NCBI GenBank assembly: GCA_039679445.1
Contig: JBDKUY010000005.1
Location: 2,210 to 66,209 of the forward strand
Reading direction: 5' to 3'
Length of the DNA: 64,000 nt
DNA from: Methanofastidiosum sp.
GTDB lineage: Archaea; Methanobacteriota_B; Thermococci; Methanofastidiosales; Methanofastidiosaceae
The position numbers and the translations under genes are program-made. Below, in pieces: positions 9,401 to 18,261 of this stretch; the first letter of the stretch is position 1; each line of letters starts with the position of its first letter. The notes below the pieces were generated by a model. It was given only the letters and a program-made list of their open reading frames with translations, was not told the origin of the DNA and did not search any database.

Positions 9401-10327
9401 ATGCTCGAACTTGTCTACAAAAGAAAAAGGTCAGTCTTCCATGATGCCTCGCCATTTTTGAAAATGTCATGGCTTTTTTCTATCCTTATGATTTCTGTCA
9501 TCTTTGAGCACCCTATAATTCTGTTTATAATATTTCTATCTTCATTGCTTATGGCTTTGGTATCAAAGATTTTTGCTGATTGGGCAAGGGTAATGAAACT
9601 TGTGGTGTTCTTTGTTCCTTTCGTTATATTGTTTAATCTTTTGGTGAATGCTAATGGTGAGACGGTGCTTTGGCAGTTGCCTTTTAGAATCCCTATATTT
9701 GGCATACTAAATATTACCTTGGAAGAGCTCGCCTTTTCACTCACAATGTGTATAAGGATAGCTGCAATCTTGGGCGCTTTTGCAGTTCTAAATCTTACTA
9801 CCGATCCAGACGAACTTTTGAGCGCCGTAACAAAACTAAGGTTGCCATATAGATCTGTTGTTGTAACATCTCTTTCCACAAAATTCGTCCCTGTACTTTT
9901 TGTTGATTTGAAGAACATTCAGGAAGCCCAGAGATCCAGGGGTGTTGATTTCTCTAAAGGAAAACTCTTAGAGAGAATAAAAAAATACGGGGCCATCTTC
10001 TTTCCATTGCTTTCAAAAAGCCTCGATAGGAGCGTCCAGATTGCAGAGGCGATGGAAACTAGGGGATTTGGCAGATACGAAAGGAGAAGCTTCTACAAGG
10101 ATGCCAAAATTTCTGCCTCAGACATACTCCTAATAGTTGTATCAATCGCACCCCTGATTATATCCTTCTATATGGTATCTCGGGGAATTGGTGCCTTTAA
10201 ATTCTATCAAAGAATCGATCCCCTGATAAAATCAAGTTCTGAAGCATATTATATTGTAGCGATCCTTCTAGTCCAAGTTTTCCTATTACCATTGCTTAAA
10301 ATCAAAGGGATGATGACCTATGATTAA
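9401..10327 (+). CDS. ecfT: ECF transporter transmembrane component T
   Basis: Hydrophobic protein with EAQRSRG and AEAMETRGF Arg motifs; start placed at ATG 9401, downstream of the promoter. Confidence 0.92.
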   Translation: MLELVYKRKRSVFHDASPFLKMSWLFSILMISVIFEHPIILFIIFLSSLLMALVSKIFADWARVMKLVVFFVPFVILFNLLVNANGETVLWQLPFRIPIFGILNITLEELAFSLTMCIRIAAILGAFAVLNLTTDPDELLSAVTKLRLPYRSVVVTSLSTKFVPVLFVDLKNIQEAQRSRGVDFSKGKLLERIKKYGAIFFPLLSKSLDRSVQIAEAMETRGFGRYERRSFYKDAKISASDILLIVVSIAPLIISFYMVSRGIGAFKFYQRIDPLIKSSSEAYYIVAILLVQVFLLPLLKIKGMMTYD

Positions 10328-11972
10328 ATTCAATGATTTTTCTTTTTATTACCCTGATGCTGTCACACCCGCCCTCGATAAAATCAATGTCAGGATAGGT
10401 GAGGGCGAGTTCCTTGTCATAACGGGCCCTTCTGGTGGTGGGAAGTCAACATTTTTGAGGGCGATAAACGGTCTTATCCCAAATTTTTACGGCGGGAAAA
10501 TAAGTGGAGATGTACTAGTCCAAGGTAAGAATGCTTCTGAGACCCCGACAAACGAGATGTCAGAGCTCGTAGGGATGGTATTCCAAGACCCTGAAAACCA
10601 ACTCATATCGAATCAAGTCGAGAGGGAGATAGCCTTTGGCATGGAAAATCTCTGCTTCTCACAAGAGCTTATGAGAAAGAGGGTAGAGGAGGCGCTTGAC
10701 GCAGTAAACATTTCAAGGCTAAGAAACAGGACAACTTCAGAGCTTTCAGGCGGCCAGAAGCAAAAAGTTGCAATAGCATCTGCTCTGGCAATGCATCCAA
10801 GTATACTCTTGCTCGATGAGCCCACATCAGAGCTTGACCCAAGAAGCGCCGAAGATGTTCTAAACGTTATAGAAAAGATTAACGATGAGCTGGGCCTTAC
10901 AATACTGCTTGTTGAGCACAGATTAGAGCGAGTCATCCACCATGTAGACCGGATGTTAATGATCGATGGCGGCAAGCTGATCTATGACGGGAGCCCCAGA
11001 AAAATAAAATCAGCGCACATAGAGAACTGGAAAGTCGGGCTTCCCCCAGTGACAAGGCTATCGCTTCACTTCAAGGACAAAATAGCAAACAACGGGATAC
11101 CCCTCACTGTAAAGGAAGCTAGGCTTGCCCTAAAGGATGTCTTGAGTAATCCAAAGAAAAATATCGCTTGGGAGAGGAAAAATAGCTCCGGGAAAGTTTC
11201 AATTTCCTTGGAGAAAGTTTTCTTTTCATATGACGGCGAAAAGGACGTTTTGAAAAATATTTCATTTAAAGTTTACGAGGGGGATATGATTGCCCTTATG
11301 GGAAAGAATGCGAGCGGCAAAACTACACTTGTAAAGCTTATGAACGGTCTTGTAAAGCAGAGGAAGGGGAAGATAGAGCTCTTTGGCAAAAAGATTAATG
11401 ATTACTCGTTAGATGAGCTCATCCAAAAAGTTGGCATAGTATTTCAGGATCCTAACTTGCACCTTTTCAACGACACAGTCCAAGAGGAAGTTGCATTTGT
11501 ATTAAGGAATCTGGGTATGGAAAAAGAACAGATAGATAAGAAAGTAGAGGAGATACTCAGGCGATTTAAGATATACCAGTACAGAAACAGCTACCCACAT
11601 GATCTGTCTGGAGGGGAGCGGCAGAGGGTCGCACTTGCCTCAGTTCTAGTTTCGGAGCCGGAGATACTGATACTAGATGAGCCTACAAGGGGCATGGACT
11701 ATTTTCTAAAAAAAGAGCTGATTTCTTACCTAAAAGAAAAGGCCAAGACCGTTATCATGGTAACGCATGATGTTGAAACTGCGGCAGAATTTGCAGACAG
11801 AGTTGTCCTACTAAGTGAAGGCAACATCATTTCTGATGGCAATAAAAGAGATGTACTATCAAAGGCACTGCTCTTCTCTCCGCAAATTAATAGATTGGTG
11901 CAGCCCTACACTAAATATGGCATACCTGACGATACCTTGACAGTTGAGGAAGTATTAAAGGTGGTTGAATAA
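10320..11972 (+). CDS. ecfA: ECF transporter fused double ATPase (EcfA-EcfA')
   Basis: Two ABC domains: GPSGGGKST/LSGGQ/DEPT and GKNASGKTT/LSGGE/DEPT. Confidence 0.93.
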   Translation: MIKFNDFSFYYPDAVTPALDKINVRIGEGEFLVITGPSGGGKSTFLRAINGLIPNFYGGKISGDVLVQGKNASETPTNEMSELVGMVFQDPENQLISNQVEREIAFGMENLCFSQELMRKRVEEALDAVNISRLRNRTTSELSGGQKQKVAIASALAMHPSILLLDEPTSELDPRSAEDVLNVIEKINDELGLTILLVEHRLERVIHHVDRMLMIDGGKLIYDGSPRKIKSAHIENWKVGLPPVTRLSLHFKDKIANNGIPLTVKEARLALKDVLSNPKKNIAWERKNSSGKVSISLEKVFFSYDGEKDVLKNISFKVYEGDMIALMGKNASGKTTLVKLMNGLVKQRKGKIELFGKKINDYSLDELIQKVGIVFQDPNLHLFNDTVQEEVAFVLRNLGMEKEQIDKKVEEILRRFKIYQYRNSYPHDLSGGERQRVALASVLVSEPEILILDEPTRGMDYFLKKELISYLKEKAKTVIMVTHDVETAAEFADRVVLLSEGNIISDGNKRDVLSKALLFSPQINRLVQPYTKYGIPDDTLTVEEVLKVVE

Positions 11973-12664
11973 AACTAAGTGACTTATTCCCCTTAATCGT
12001 TGTGGCAATAGCTATACTCCTTTTCGGCGGAGGCTTAGTATTTGATGAGTCTAGGACAATAGTTAAGCTCTGGCCATATGAGATAATAGGTATTTTTGTC
12101 CTTGTGATATTTTCTTTTGTATACCAGTTTGAAAGAAAAGAATTCAGCACAAAGCAGCTTACGCTTATAGCGATGCTTTCTGGGATATCGGCAGTCTTAA
12201 GAATCCCATTTTCTAATTTTCAAGGGATACAGCCTTGCACCACGCTCATCATATGCTCTGGTCTTGTCTATGGTCCGATTGCAGGGTTTTTTGTGGGGGC
12301 TTTGACGCCATTTGTCTCAAACTTTTTTTTAGGCCACGGGCCGTGGACACCCTTACAGATGATAGGCTGGGGGCTTCCAGGGCTCGCAGCAGGTTACCTC
12401 GGTAAAAAAGATATAAACTTTAAATTCATTATTGTATTTGCAATTGCTTGGGGATTTCTCTACGGCTGGATAATGAATATTTGGCACTTTGCCTTTTTTG
12501 TGAAACCACATACATTTGAAACTTTTATTAGGACTTATGTTCTTAGTATTGCGTGGGATGTGAGCCATGCATTTGGCAACGGATTATTCATGGCAATAAT
12601 AGGTGAAAGGACAATTAAGATTCTAACAAGATACAAGAAAAGATTTACAATTGAAAGAATGTAG
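11969..12664 (+). CDS. cbrT: ECF S component, CbrT-like (cobalamin)
   Basis: IAML..LRIPF..IQPCT..GFFVGAL..VSNFFLGHGPWTPLQM..WDVSHAFGN; probable ATA start at 11969 (ORF track uses GTG 12002). Confidence 0.8.
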   Translation: MKLSDLFPLIVVAIAILLFGGGLVFDESRTIVKLWPYEIIGIFVLVIFSFVYQFERKEFSTKQLTLIAMLSGISAVLRIPFSNFQGIQPCTTLIICSGLVYGPIAGFFVGALTPFVSNFFLGHGPWTPLQMIGWGLPGLAAGYLGKKDINFKFIIVFAIAWGFLYGWIMNIWHFAFFVKPHTFETFIRTYVLSIAWDVSHAFGNGLFMAIIGERTIKILTRYKKRFTIERM

Positions 12665-12799
12665 TTATTCTTTATGTTGGATGGTCTTACTTTTGCAGAA
12701 GTGGCAAATGTGATCTTTCACAGGATAAAGGTAACATTTGCACTTGGGGCAATATTCCCTGACATCTTTGGGGAAATTTATAATGACTTTATTCTTCAA
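12665..12799 (-). CDS. 44-aa Cys4 zinc-finger micro-protein (MKNKVIINFPKDVREYCPKCKCYLYPVKDHICHFCKSKTIQHKE)
   Basis: Manual translation; TTG start after GAGGT; CPKC and CHFC knuckles; overlaps the stop of the upstream micro-ORF. Confidence 0.65.
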   Translation of the reverse strand: MKNKVIINFPKDVREYCPKCKCYLYPVKDHICHFCKSKTIQHKE

Positions 12800-12908
12800 T
12801 TATAACTACCTCTAGGGTCTCGCTATTTGCGATTGCAGTAATGATTGATATCAATTTATTAGCTTTTTCATTATTCAAATCTTTCTTTGATATTTCAATC
12901 CACAACAT
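12789..12908 (-). CDS. 39-aa micro-protein (MLWIEISKKDLNNEKANKLISIITAIANSETLEVVIIEE)
   Basis: Manual translation; ATG overlaps the end of the upstream ORF and its stop overlaps the next start, suggesting translational coupling. Confidence 0.5.
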   Translation of the reverse strand: MLWIEISKKDLNNEKANKLISIITAIANSETLEVVIIEE

Positions 12909-13038
12909 AGACGCTCTCTCTTTTCGAGTAGTTATTATTTGATTCTAATTGGGAAATATATCTTTCATAGCATTCTTCGCAGATTATGTAAATATCCTTT
13001 TCTAATTCACATTTACAAATAATGCATTTATTGTTCAT
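12895..13038 (-). CDS. 47-aa Cys4 zinc-finger micro-protein (MNNKCIICKCELEKDIYIICEECYERYISQ...)
   Basis: CIIC and CEEC knuckles; ATG 13038 lies about 25 nt downstream of TATA, so probably leaderless. Confidence 0.65.
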   Translation of the reverse strand: MNNKCIICKCELEKDIYIICEECYERYISQLESNNNYSKRESVYVVD

Positions 13039-13060
13039 ATGGATGGTGTCGCCATCCATA
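13038..13060. promoter_or_regulatory. Operator copy C: TATGGATGG-TGTCG-CCATCCATA
   Basis: 22/23 identical to copy A; between minus-strand TATA (TTTATATA, 13069-13062) and the micro-protein ATG. Confidence 0.75.
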
Positions 13061-13158
13061 ATATATAAATATTTCTGTAACTTCGACGTAAAATGCAGAA
13101 AATCAGTCATGGGGAAAAGTTTATAAATTCCCTAAAATATTCACTTCTTATTAGGTAA

Positions 13159-13233
13159 GCCGCGGTCGCCTAGCCTGGGAGGGCGCCAGACTGAAGATCT
13201 GGTATTCCGCTGGTTCAAATCCGGCCCGCGGCA
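13159..13233 (+). tRNA. tRNA-Phe (GAA)
   Basis: Acceptor GCCGCGG/CCGCGGC-A, anticodon arm CCAGA-CTGAAGA-TCTGG, T loop TTCAAAT; CCA not encoded. Confidence 0.96.
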
Positions 13234-13310
13234 CTTTAAACTTTTTTAAATATTACATTCAAATCGTTCATTTTATATTCCTTGTTTTCCTTTTCATTAT
13301 TGGTGTTATA

Positions 13311-13634
13311 ATGAAAGATGGCGTATTTTACGGAAAAGGAGTAAACAAAATAAAAAATGAATATCCTGAGATATACGAAGCTATAGTAAAACTTGACGAA
13401 GCAGTTTTCACTGGAAAAGTCTTAGATTATAGAACCCAGAAATTAGTTGCACTTGGAATAACAGCAGCTAGAGCAGATGAAAGCGCAACAAAAAGACAGA
13501 TTATGTCAGGTATGAATGAATTTAATATAACAAAGGACGAGATAGTTGATGTCTTAAGAGTCGTCCTCTTAACTTCAGGCATGCCTGCATTTAACAAAGG
13601 GATGAGAATCTTAGATGAGATAGAAAAACAATAA
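13311..13634 (+). CDS. Carboxymuconolactone decarboxylase (CMD/AhpD-like) family protein
   Basis: LDYRTQKLVALGITAA..ITKDEIVDVL..SGMPA. Confidence 0.8.
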   Translation: MKDGVFYGKGVNKIKNEYPEIYEAIVKLDEAVFTGKVLDYRTQKLVALGITAARADESATKRQIMSGMNEFNITKDEIVDVLRVVLLTSGMPAFNKGMRILDEIEKQ

Positions 13635-13716
13635 TTTTCTACCTTTACTTTTTATTAATCTTAATTCTTATATATAGCAAACTCAATCTATGCCTTAGAG
13701 CCAAGAGAGTGTTTAG

Positions 13717-14127
13717 ATGAAAGACGTTGAAATAAAGTGCCCGCATTGCGACAAGAAGATTATAATACCTGAGAGCCTTCTAGTAAAAATTATAGAAAAA
13801 TACCAACATGATAACGCAGGAGAAAAGAAATCTGAAATGTTCGCCCCAGTAGATCAGACTCAAGAAACTTCGGCCACCAAAGAACTAGAAAATGAGCTTA
13901 CCGTAAAGGAGGAGCAGCTAGCAGAGGTGATGTCAAAGCTTGAAAGAAACCAGGCTGATTTTACAAGGGTCGTTAAGAGGAACGTGAAACCTGAGGATAT
14001 GTACCGGATACAGAAGGATAGGACAATTCTTATGCAGAAGGCAAAGAACCTCCAAGAAGAAATAGCTGCAATAAATAATCAACTTGGCAAACAAAATAAT
14101 AAATCAAGTAAGGTAAAATATCTTTAA
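13717..14127 (+). CDS. Hypothetical protein with CPHC knuckle and coiled coil
   Basis: ORF with heptad-rich C-terminus. Confidence 0.6.
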   Translation: MKDVEIKCPHCDKKIIIPESLLVKIIEKYQHDNAGEKKSEMFAPVDQTQETSATKELENELTVKEEQLAEVMSKLERNQADFTRVVKRNVKPEDMYRIQKDRTILMQKAKNLQEEIAAINNQLGKQNNKSSKVKYL

Positions 14128-14789
14128 TCTTTTAAGCCATATATCTCAACATCAGACCTATCAAAACCTTTATCAAAAATATCGATATATTTGATAATAT
14201 CTTCAAAATGATTTCTTATTTTGGTATTTTCTTCACCATATGGATAGTATGCAAAGAAAAGAAAGTTCTTAGTTTTCTCTGTGATCATTGTCCTTCTATC
14301 TAGCCCAAACAATACACTTGATATTATGTCAAATCCATCTTCTGATACAATATCTTCTGGCTTTAACTTCATCTCTTTTCCGCTGATGTTCACATACTCT
14401 TCGTTGCCTTTTGTTATCTTTGTACTCAAGCTGCCCTTGATTAGGTCAAGGTCATGGCCGGCTGTAAGATACATATTCTTTAGCTCAGCCATAAACATCG
14501 CCTCAACAACAGTATACTGTGAAGGGAAACTCTTGCCACTGGCTATCGATTTAATCTGGTATTCAATCGGGTACTTCTTTTCAAATTTCTTAAAGAACAG
14601 GCTATATTTTTTTATAGTCTTAGATTCTAGGTAATCTTTAGCATTATTTCGGATATCTGCTTCAATCCTTCTCTTTTCCTTCTCTAGGGATTCATCAACT
14701 TTTTTATTTTCTAAATTTCTAACTTCCATCGTAGAAACTTTTAGATCGGGAAAATAATCCGCCAAATTCTTTGAAACATCTACCTTCAT
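14124..14789 (-). CDS. Stand-alone B3/B4 (PheRS beta editing-like) domain protein
   Basis: VVEAMFMAELKNMYLTAGHDLD..EEY..ISG..DIV..IISSVLFG.DRRT.ITEKT. Confidence 0.72.
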   Translation of the reverse strand: MKVDVSKNLADYFPDLKVSTMEVRNLENKKVDESLEKEKRRIEADIRNNAKDYLESKTIKKYSLFFKKFEKKYPIEYQIKSIASGKSFPSQYTVVEAMFMAELKNMYLTAGHDLDLIKGSLSTKITKGNEEYVNISGKEMKLKPEDIVSEDGFDIISSVLFGLDRRTMITEKTKNFLFFAYYPYGEENTKIRNHFEDIIKYIDIFDKGFDRSDVEIYGLKD

Positions 14790-14881
14790 GATTATATTTT
14801 TCTAGATCGATTTAAATTTTTATTGAAAGGATGGACAGTAAAGATTTTAAAGTTTGTCCTCTCTAATTATATGGGGATAAA

Positions 14882-15190
14882 ATGATCTGTAAAAATTGTG
14901 GCAAGGAGATAGAAGACACTGCGAAATTCTGCCCAGAGTGCGGCTCTTCAACGGCAAAGAGGGATGAATTTTACGTGGATTCTGATCATCTGGTAGAGGA
15001 GATAAAGAAGATTATCGATGAGGGGATTGCAACAAGAATTATTATAAAAGATGAGGCCGATAAAACGCTTCTAGATATTCCTTTAGCAGCAGGTGTCGTG
15101 GGAGCATTGATTGCCCCATGGCTTGCAGCTCTTGGTGCAATAGCTGCGCTTGTTGTAAAATGCAAGATAGTTGTAGAGAAACCAAATTAA
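14882..15190 (+). CDS. Zinc-ribbon plus DUF4342 protein
   Basis: CKNCG..AKFCPECG; IKKIIDEG..RIIIK..LDIPL..GVVG..AALGAIAAL..CKIVVE. Confidence 0.8.
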   Translation: MICKNCGKEIEDTAKFCPECGSSTAKRDEFYVDSDHLVEEIKKIIDEGIATRIIIKDEADKTLLDIPLAAGVVGALIAPWLAALGAIAALVVKCKIVVEKPN

Positions 15191-15254
15191 ATTTTTATTT
15201 TTTATTCTAGTAAACTATTTAAATTAACTAGTTTTTAAACGATAGGTGAGAAAA

Positions 15255-16001
15255 ATGAACCATTCTGATGATATACTTATTATTGAAAATAAGAAGATTG
15301 ATGTAGAGAATCCAATAATTATAGAGGGCGTACCTGATATAGGGCTTGTCGGTTCAATCGCCGTAGGCCATATGGTGCAAGAGCAGAACTTTGAAGAAGT
15401 TGGCTATATTAAATCTGACCTTTTTCCTCCTGTTATGGTAGTCCATGATAGAAAAGTGCTAAATCCCGTAAGGATATTCCAAAAAGAGAAGCTCATAGCT
15501 ATTCTATCTGAAATCCCAATAGATCCAAAAGCTGGGTTTATCCTCTCAAAAAAATTGACCGAATGGTATAAAGAAAAAGGCGCACAGCTTATCGTTTCTA
15601 TAAGCGGAACGCCTATCCAGGAAAGGATTGACATCGACGAACCACAAGTTTTTGGGACATCAAATAATGAATCGATATTGAAGAAAATGGAAGAATTAGG
15701 TGTTCAGATACTTCAAGAGGGATTTATATCAGGATTTTATGCCTTGATCCTTAAGAACTCCATTGAAATAGGTTTAAATTCATCTATACTGCTCGCCCAG
15801 TGTTATTCAAGCTATCCCGACCCAGGGGCCGCTGCTTCAATTCTTAAGATTTTGAATAAAATGACTGATCTAAATGCCGATGTTAAACAGTTGATTGAGC
15901 AAGCCGAAGATCTAAAGGTAAATTACAGGGCGCTTATGGAACAGACAAATGCATCTATCCAGAGGGAAAGCAAAGTTGATGTACCGACTATGTACAGGTA
16001 G
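15255..16001 (+). CDS. PAC2 family proteasome assembly chaperone
   Basis: IIEGVPDIGLVGSIA, YPDPGAA, C-terminal MYR (HbYX-like); ATG 15255 after AGGTGAG. Confidence 0.87.
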   Translation: MNHSDDILIIENKKIDVENPIIIEGVPDIGLVGSIAVGHMVQEQNFEEVGYIKSDLFPPVMVVHDRKVLNPVRIFQKEKLIAILSEIPIDPKAGFILSKKLTEWYKEKGAQLIVSISGTPIQERIDIDEPQVFGTSNNESILKKMEELGVQILQEGFISGFYALILKNSIEIGLNSSILLAQCYSSYPDPGAAASILKILNKMTDLNADVKQLIEQAEDLKVNYRALMEQTNASIQRESKVDVPTMYR

Positions 16002-16006
16002 ATCCT

Positions 16007-16366
16007 ATGATAAGAAGGTACTATATAATTAAGGGAAACACAAACAATTCATTTAGGGAGACATATTGGCACATTAACTACTGTAGCTGTAACAATGTTG
16101 AGCCTTTGACTGAGTTTAATGAATCAAAAGAAGCCTTGGTCGCAACTATGGATATGCCGTGTGTTGAAAAAGAAAAAATTGAAGTTACATCAGAAGAAAA
16201 CTGCATCAGGGTTTTTGCACCAACAAGGAAGGGGTTCTGTTTCAAGAAAGATATTAATCTCCCATTTTCAACTGACCCTGAAAAAGTCTTGGCCACTTTC
16301 AAGAAAGGAATGTTAGTTATTGAAATACCAAAAAAAGTAAGGCAGTATAAAATAGAAATAAAATGA
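16007..16366 (+). CDS. Small heat shock protein (Hsp20)
   Basis: DMPCVEKEKI..LPF..ATFKKGMLVIEIPK alpha-crystallin motifs. Confidence 0.85.
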   Translation: MIRRYYIIKGNTNNSFRETYWHINYCSCNNVEPLTEFNESKEALVATMDMPCVEKEKIEVTSEENCIRVFAPTRKGFCFKKDINLPFSTDPEKVLATFKKGMLVIEIPKKVRQYKIEIK

Positions 16367-17602
16367 TTACTGCCATTTTTCCAATGCTTTTCTTAGCTCC
16401 ATGTGGGTCTTTGCATATTCTTGCAGCGATACCCCTTCCATTACGGCATCGACTGCTTGCCTCATAGCAGTTGCACCTTTTATTGTTCCATCGGGGTGCC
16501 CGTGGATTCCGCCACCGGCTTGTATTATGGTGTCATCTCCCATAAATTGTACTATCTCGGGTATATGGCCAGGGTGAAGCCCTCCGGAGTTTACTGGAAA
16601 ACATGGATTCATGCCAAAAAGGTCAGATACAATCTTCTCCTTATTTTTCAGTACTTCAGTCAATTCCCCTTCCATCTTCCCAACTACAGTCCCTATGTGT
16701 AGTTGATCAATTCCCGATAGCCTTGAAAGAAGGGATAACACCGGCATAGAAATACCGTGCCGCTCGTACCTTGTCATTGCAGCATGCATCGCCCGGTGTC
16801 CATGAATTATCATCTTAAATCCCTGGTCTCTTATTTCCTGGACTTTTGAAAATCCAGCAACTAGGATGTCTACCATTATGCAAGCACCACCATGGTCTTT
16901 TACAAACTGCGCCCTCTCCGTCATATTCACCCCAGTTATGTTTGGGGCGTAGAGCTTCTTTTCTCCAGTTTCACTCTCGGCCCTGTCAAGGGCATCTAGG
17001 ACTTTTATGACTCTATCTTCAAAAGGGCAGAATCTCTGATTTGTGAGATTTTCATCGTCCTTTACAAAATCGCATCCCCCATACCACGACTCGTATGAGA
17101 GGGTGGCAGTATCCTCTGGATTTAGTCCAACTTTTGGCTTAACAATAGTTCCGACATGAGGCCTCCCAGTCTTATAGGTCTTCATGTATTTTCTGACGCC
17201 TTCAATCCCAAACTCCGGGCCTTTGAAAGTCTTGATGTATCTATATGGGATCTCGATATCAAATAGTCTTGCTTTAGGTATTATCTTCATACCGAGGATG
17301 TTCCCTGAAATATCGGAGAGAATTTGAGGGACTGAATTATCTTCAAACAGCTCTATCGGGTATGCAACTTTGATATGCGCAGCTTTATTCCCTTCAATTT
17401 CAAATAATTCTTTTGCATAAAAAACAAAAGCTGATAGGCTAGAGGTATACCCTTTATCAGTTTTTAGTGGGGTCCAGGTGCCGTTGGAAGATTCCTTTGC
17501 AAGCTCACCCGCATTTTTCAGGATATCATCTGTTTCAATGTAGAAATCTGCGATCAAATAGTTGTCTTTATCGATGTCCTCTCCAAGTTTTACAAAATCC
17601 AT
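16367..17602 (-). CDS. rbcL: Form III RuBisCO large subunit
   Basis: ESSNGTW, SGN, KPKVGL, DFVKDDE, HRAMH, HIGT, GKMEG, SGGLHP, AGGG; catalytic residues appear intact. Confidence 0.92.
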   Translation of the reverse strand: MDFVKLGEDIDKDNYLIADFYIETDDILKNAGELAKESSNGTWTPLKTDKGYTSSLSAFVFYAKELFEIEGNKAAHIKVAYPIELFEDNSVPQILSDISGNILGMKIIPKARLFDIEIPYRYIKTFKGPEFGIEGVRKYMKTYKTGRPHVGTIVKPKVGLNPEDTATLSYESWYGGCDFVKDDENLTNQRFCPFEDRVIKVLDALDRAESETGEKKLYAPNITGVNMTERAQFVKDHGGACIMVDILVAGFSKVQEIRDQGFKMIIHGHRAMHAAMTRYERHGISMPVLSLLSRLSGIDQLHIGTVVGKMEGELTEVLKNKEKIVSDLFGMNPCFPVNSGGLHPGHIPEIVQFMGDDTIIQAGGGIHGHPDGTIKGATAMRQAVDAVMEGVSLQEYAKTHMELRKALEKWQ

Positions 17603-17694
17603 CTAATCACCTTACTAATTAAGAAAAGAATCTATTTAAATTTAAGGGATTTAAGTGGTAAATAAGAAATTAAATTAAGAATAGTTTACAGAAA

Positions 17695-18261
17695 TTAGTT
17701 ATTCTCAACTTGAACTTCGACATCATCAATGTACCAGCCACGGTAGTCGTTTGCCAGTTCATCGCTCATGTCAAAATAGAAGCTTATCTCAATAACTTTT
17801 CCTTTGTAACTTGAGAGGTCGTAAGTTTTCTGAAGCCACTGCTCCATTGGATCGCTGTGCAACTGCTCTAGATCTTGCCAGTTTCCATTCCCAACTTCCC
17901 TTACCTGCACATATCTCTGGTCGTAAAGTTTGCTCATATTTTCAGTCTGGTACCAGTACCAAAATGTTAAAGTTGCTTTAGTTGAATTTTTTAGGTTTAT
18001 TGGGGGTGAAATCAATCTACCGCTGTTAGCAGTTCCAGAATCATAGTTCCCTGTAAGGTCACTTCCATACCAGTAACTTGAAACTTCGCTGTTAGCGTTT
18101 CTGTATTCAGACGTTTCACTTACAATATGCCACATACCTGTAGATTCCCAGCTAGCTGCGCCCTTTTCAAAATTATAGGCGTAGTCGTTACTGAACACAG
18201 GTACAGCAACTATCAAAGATAAAACTGCAATCGATAACAGAGTAATTCCAATCTTTTTCAT
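17695..18261 (-). CDS. Secreted beta-sandwich protein (MAM / choice-of-anchor-J-like)
   Basis: Signal peptide; LISPPINL..ATLTFWYW..W..YDLSSYKGK..GWYIDDVEV. Confidence 0.7.
   Translation of the reverse strand: MKKIGITLLSIAVLSLIVAVPVFSNDYAYNFEKGAASWESTGMWHIVSETSEYRNANSEVSSYWYGSDLTGNYDSGTANSGRLISPPINLKNSTKATLTFWYWYQTENMSKLYDQRYVQVREVGNGNWQDLEQLHSDPMEQWLQKTYDLSSYKGKVIEISFYFDMSDELANDYRGWYIDDVEVQVENN

Noticed and set aside
12679-12690. GGATGGTCTTAC half-site of the operator (also GGATGG at 14829)
   Set aside because: Only one arm is present; the first lies inside a coding region; likely chance
9309-13060. Copies A and C as ends of a mobile element or CRISPR-like repeats
   Set aside because: No transposase or integrase, no regular spacing, and a third copy sits at the divergent promoter; the position next to TATA favours operators
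16367-17602. RuBisCO-like protein (form IV) interpretation
   Set aside because: Catalytic and RuBP-binding motifs, including loop-6 Lys and HRAMH, are retained
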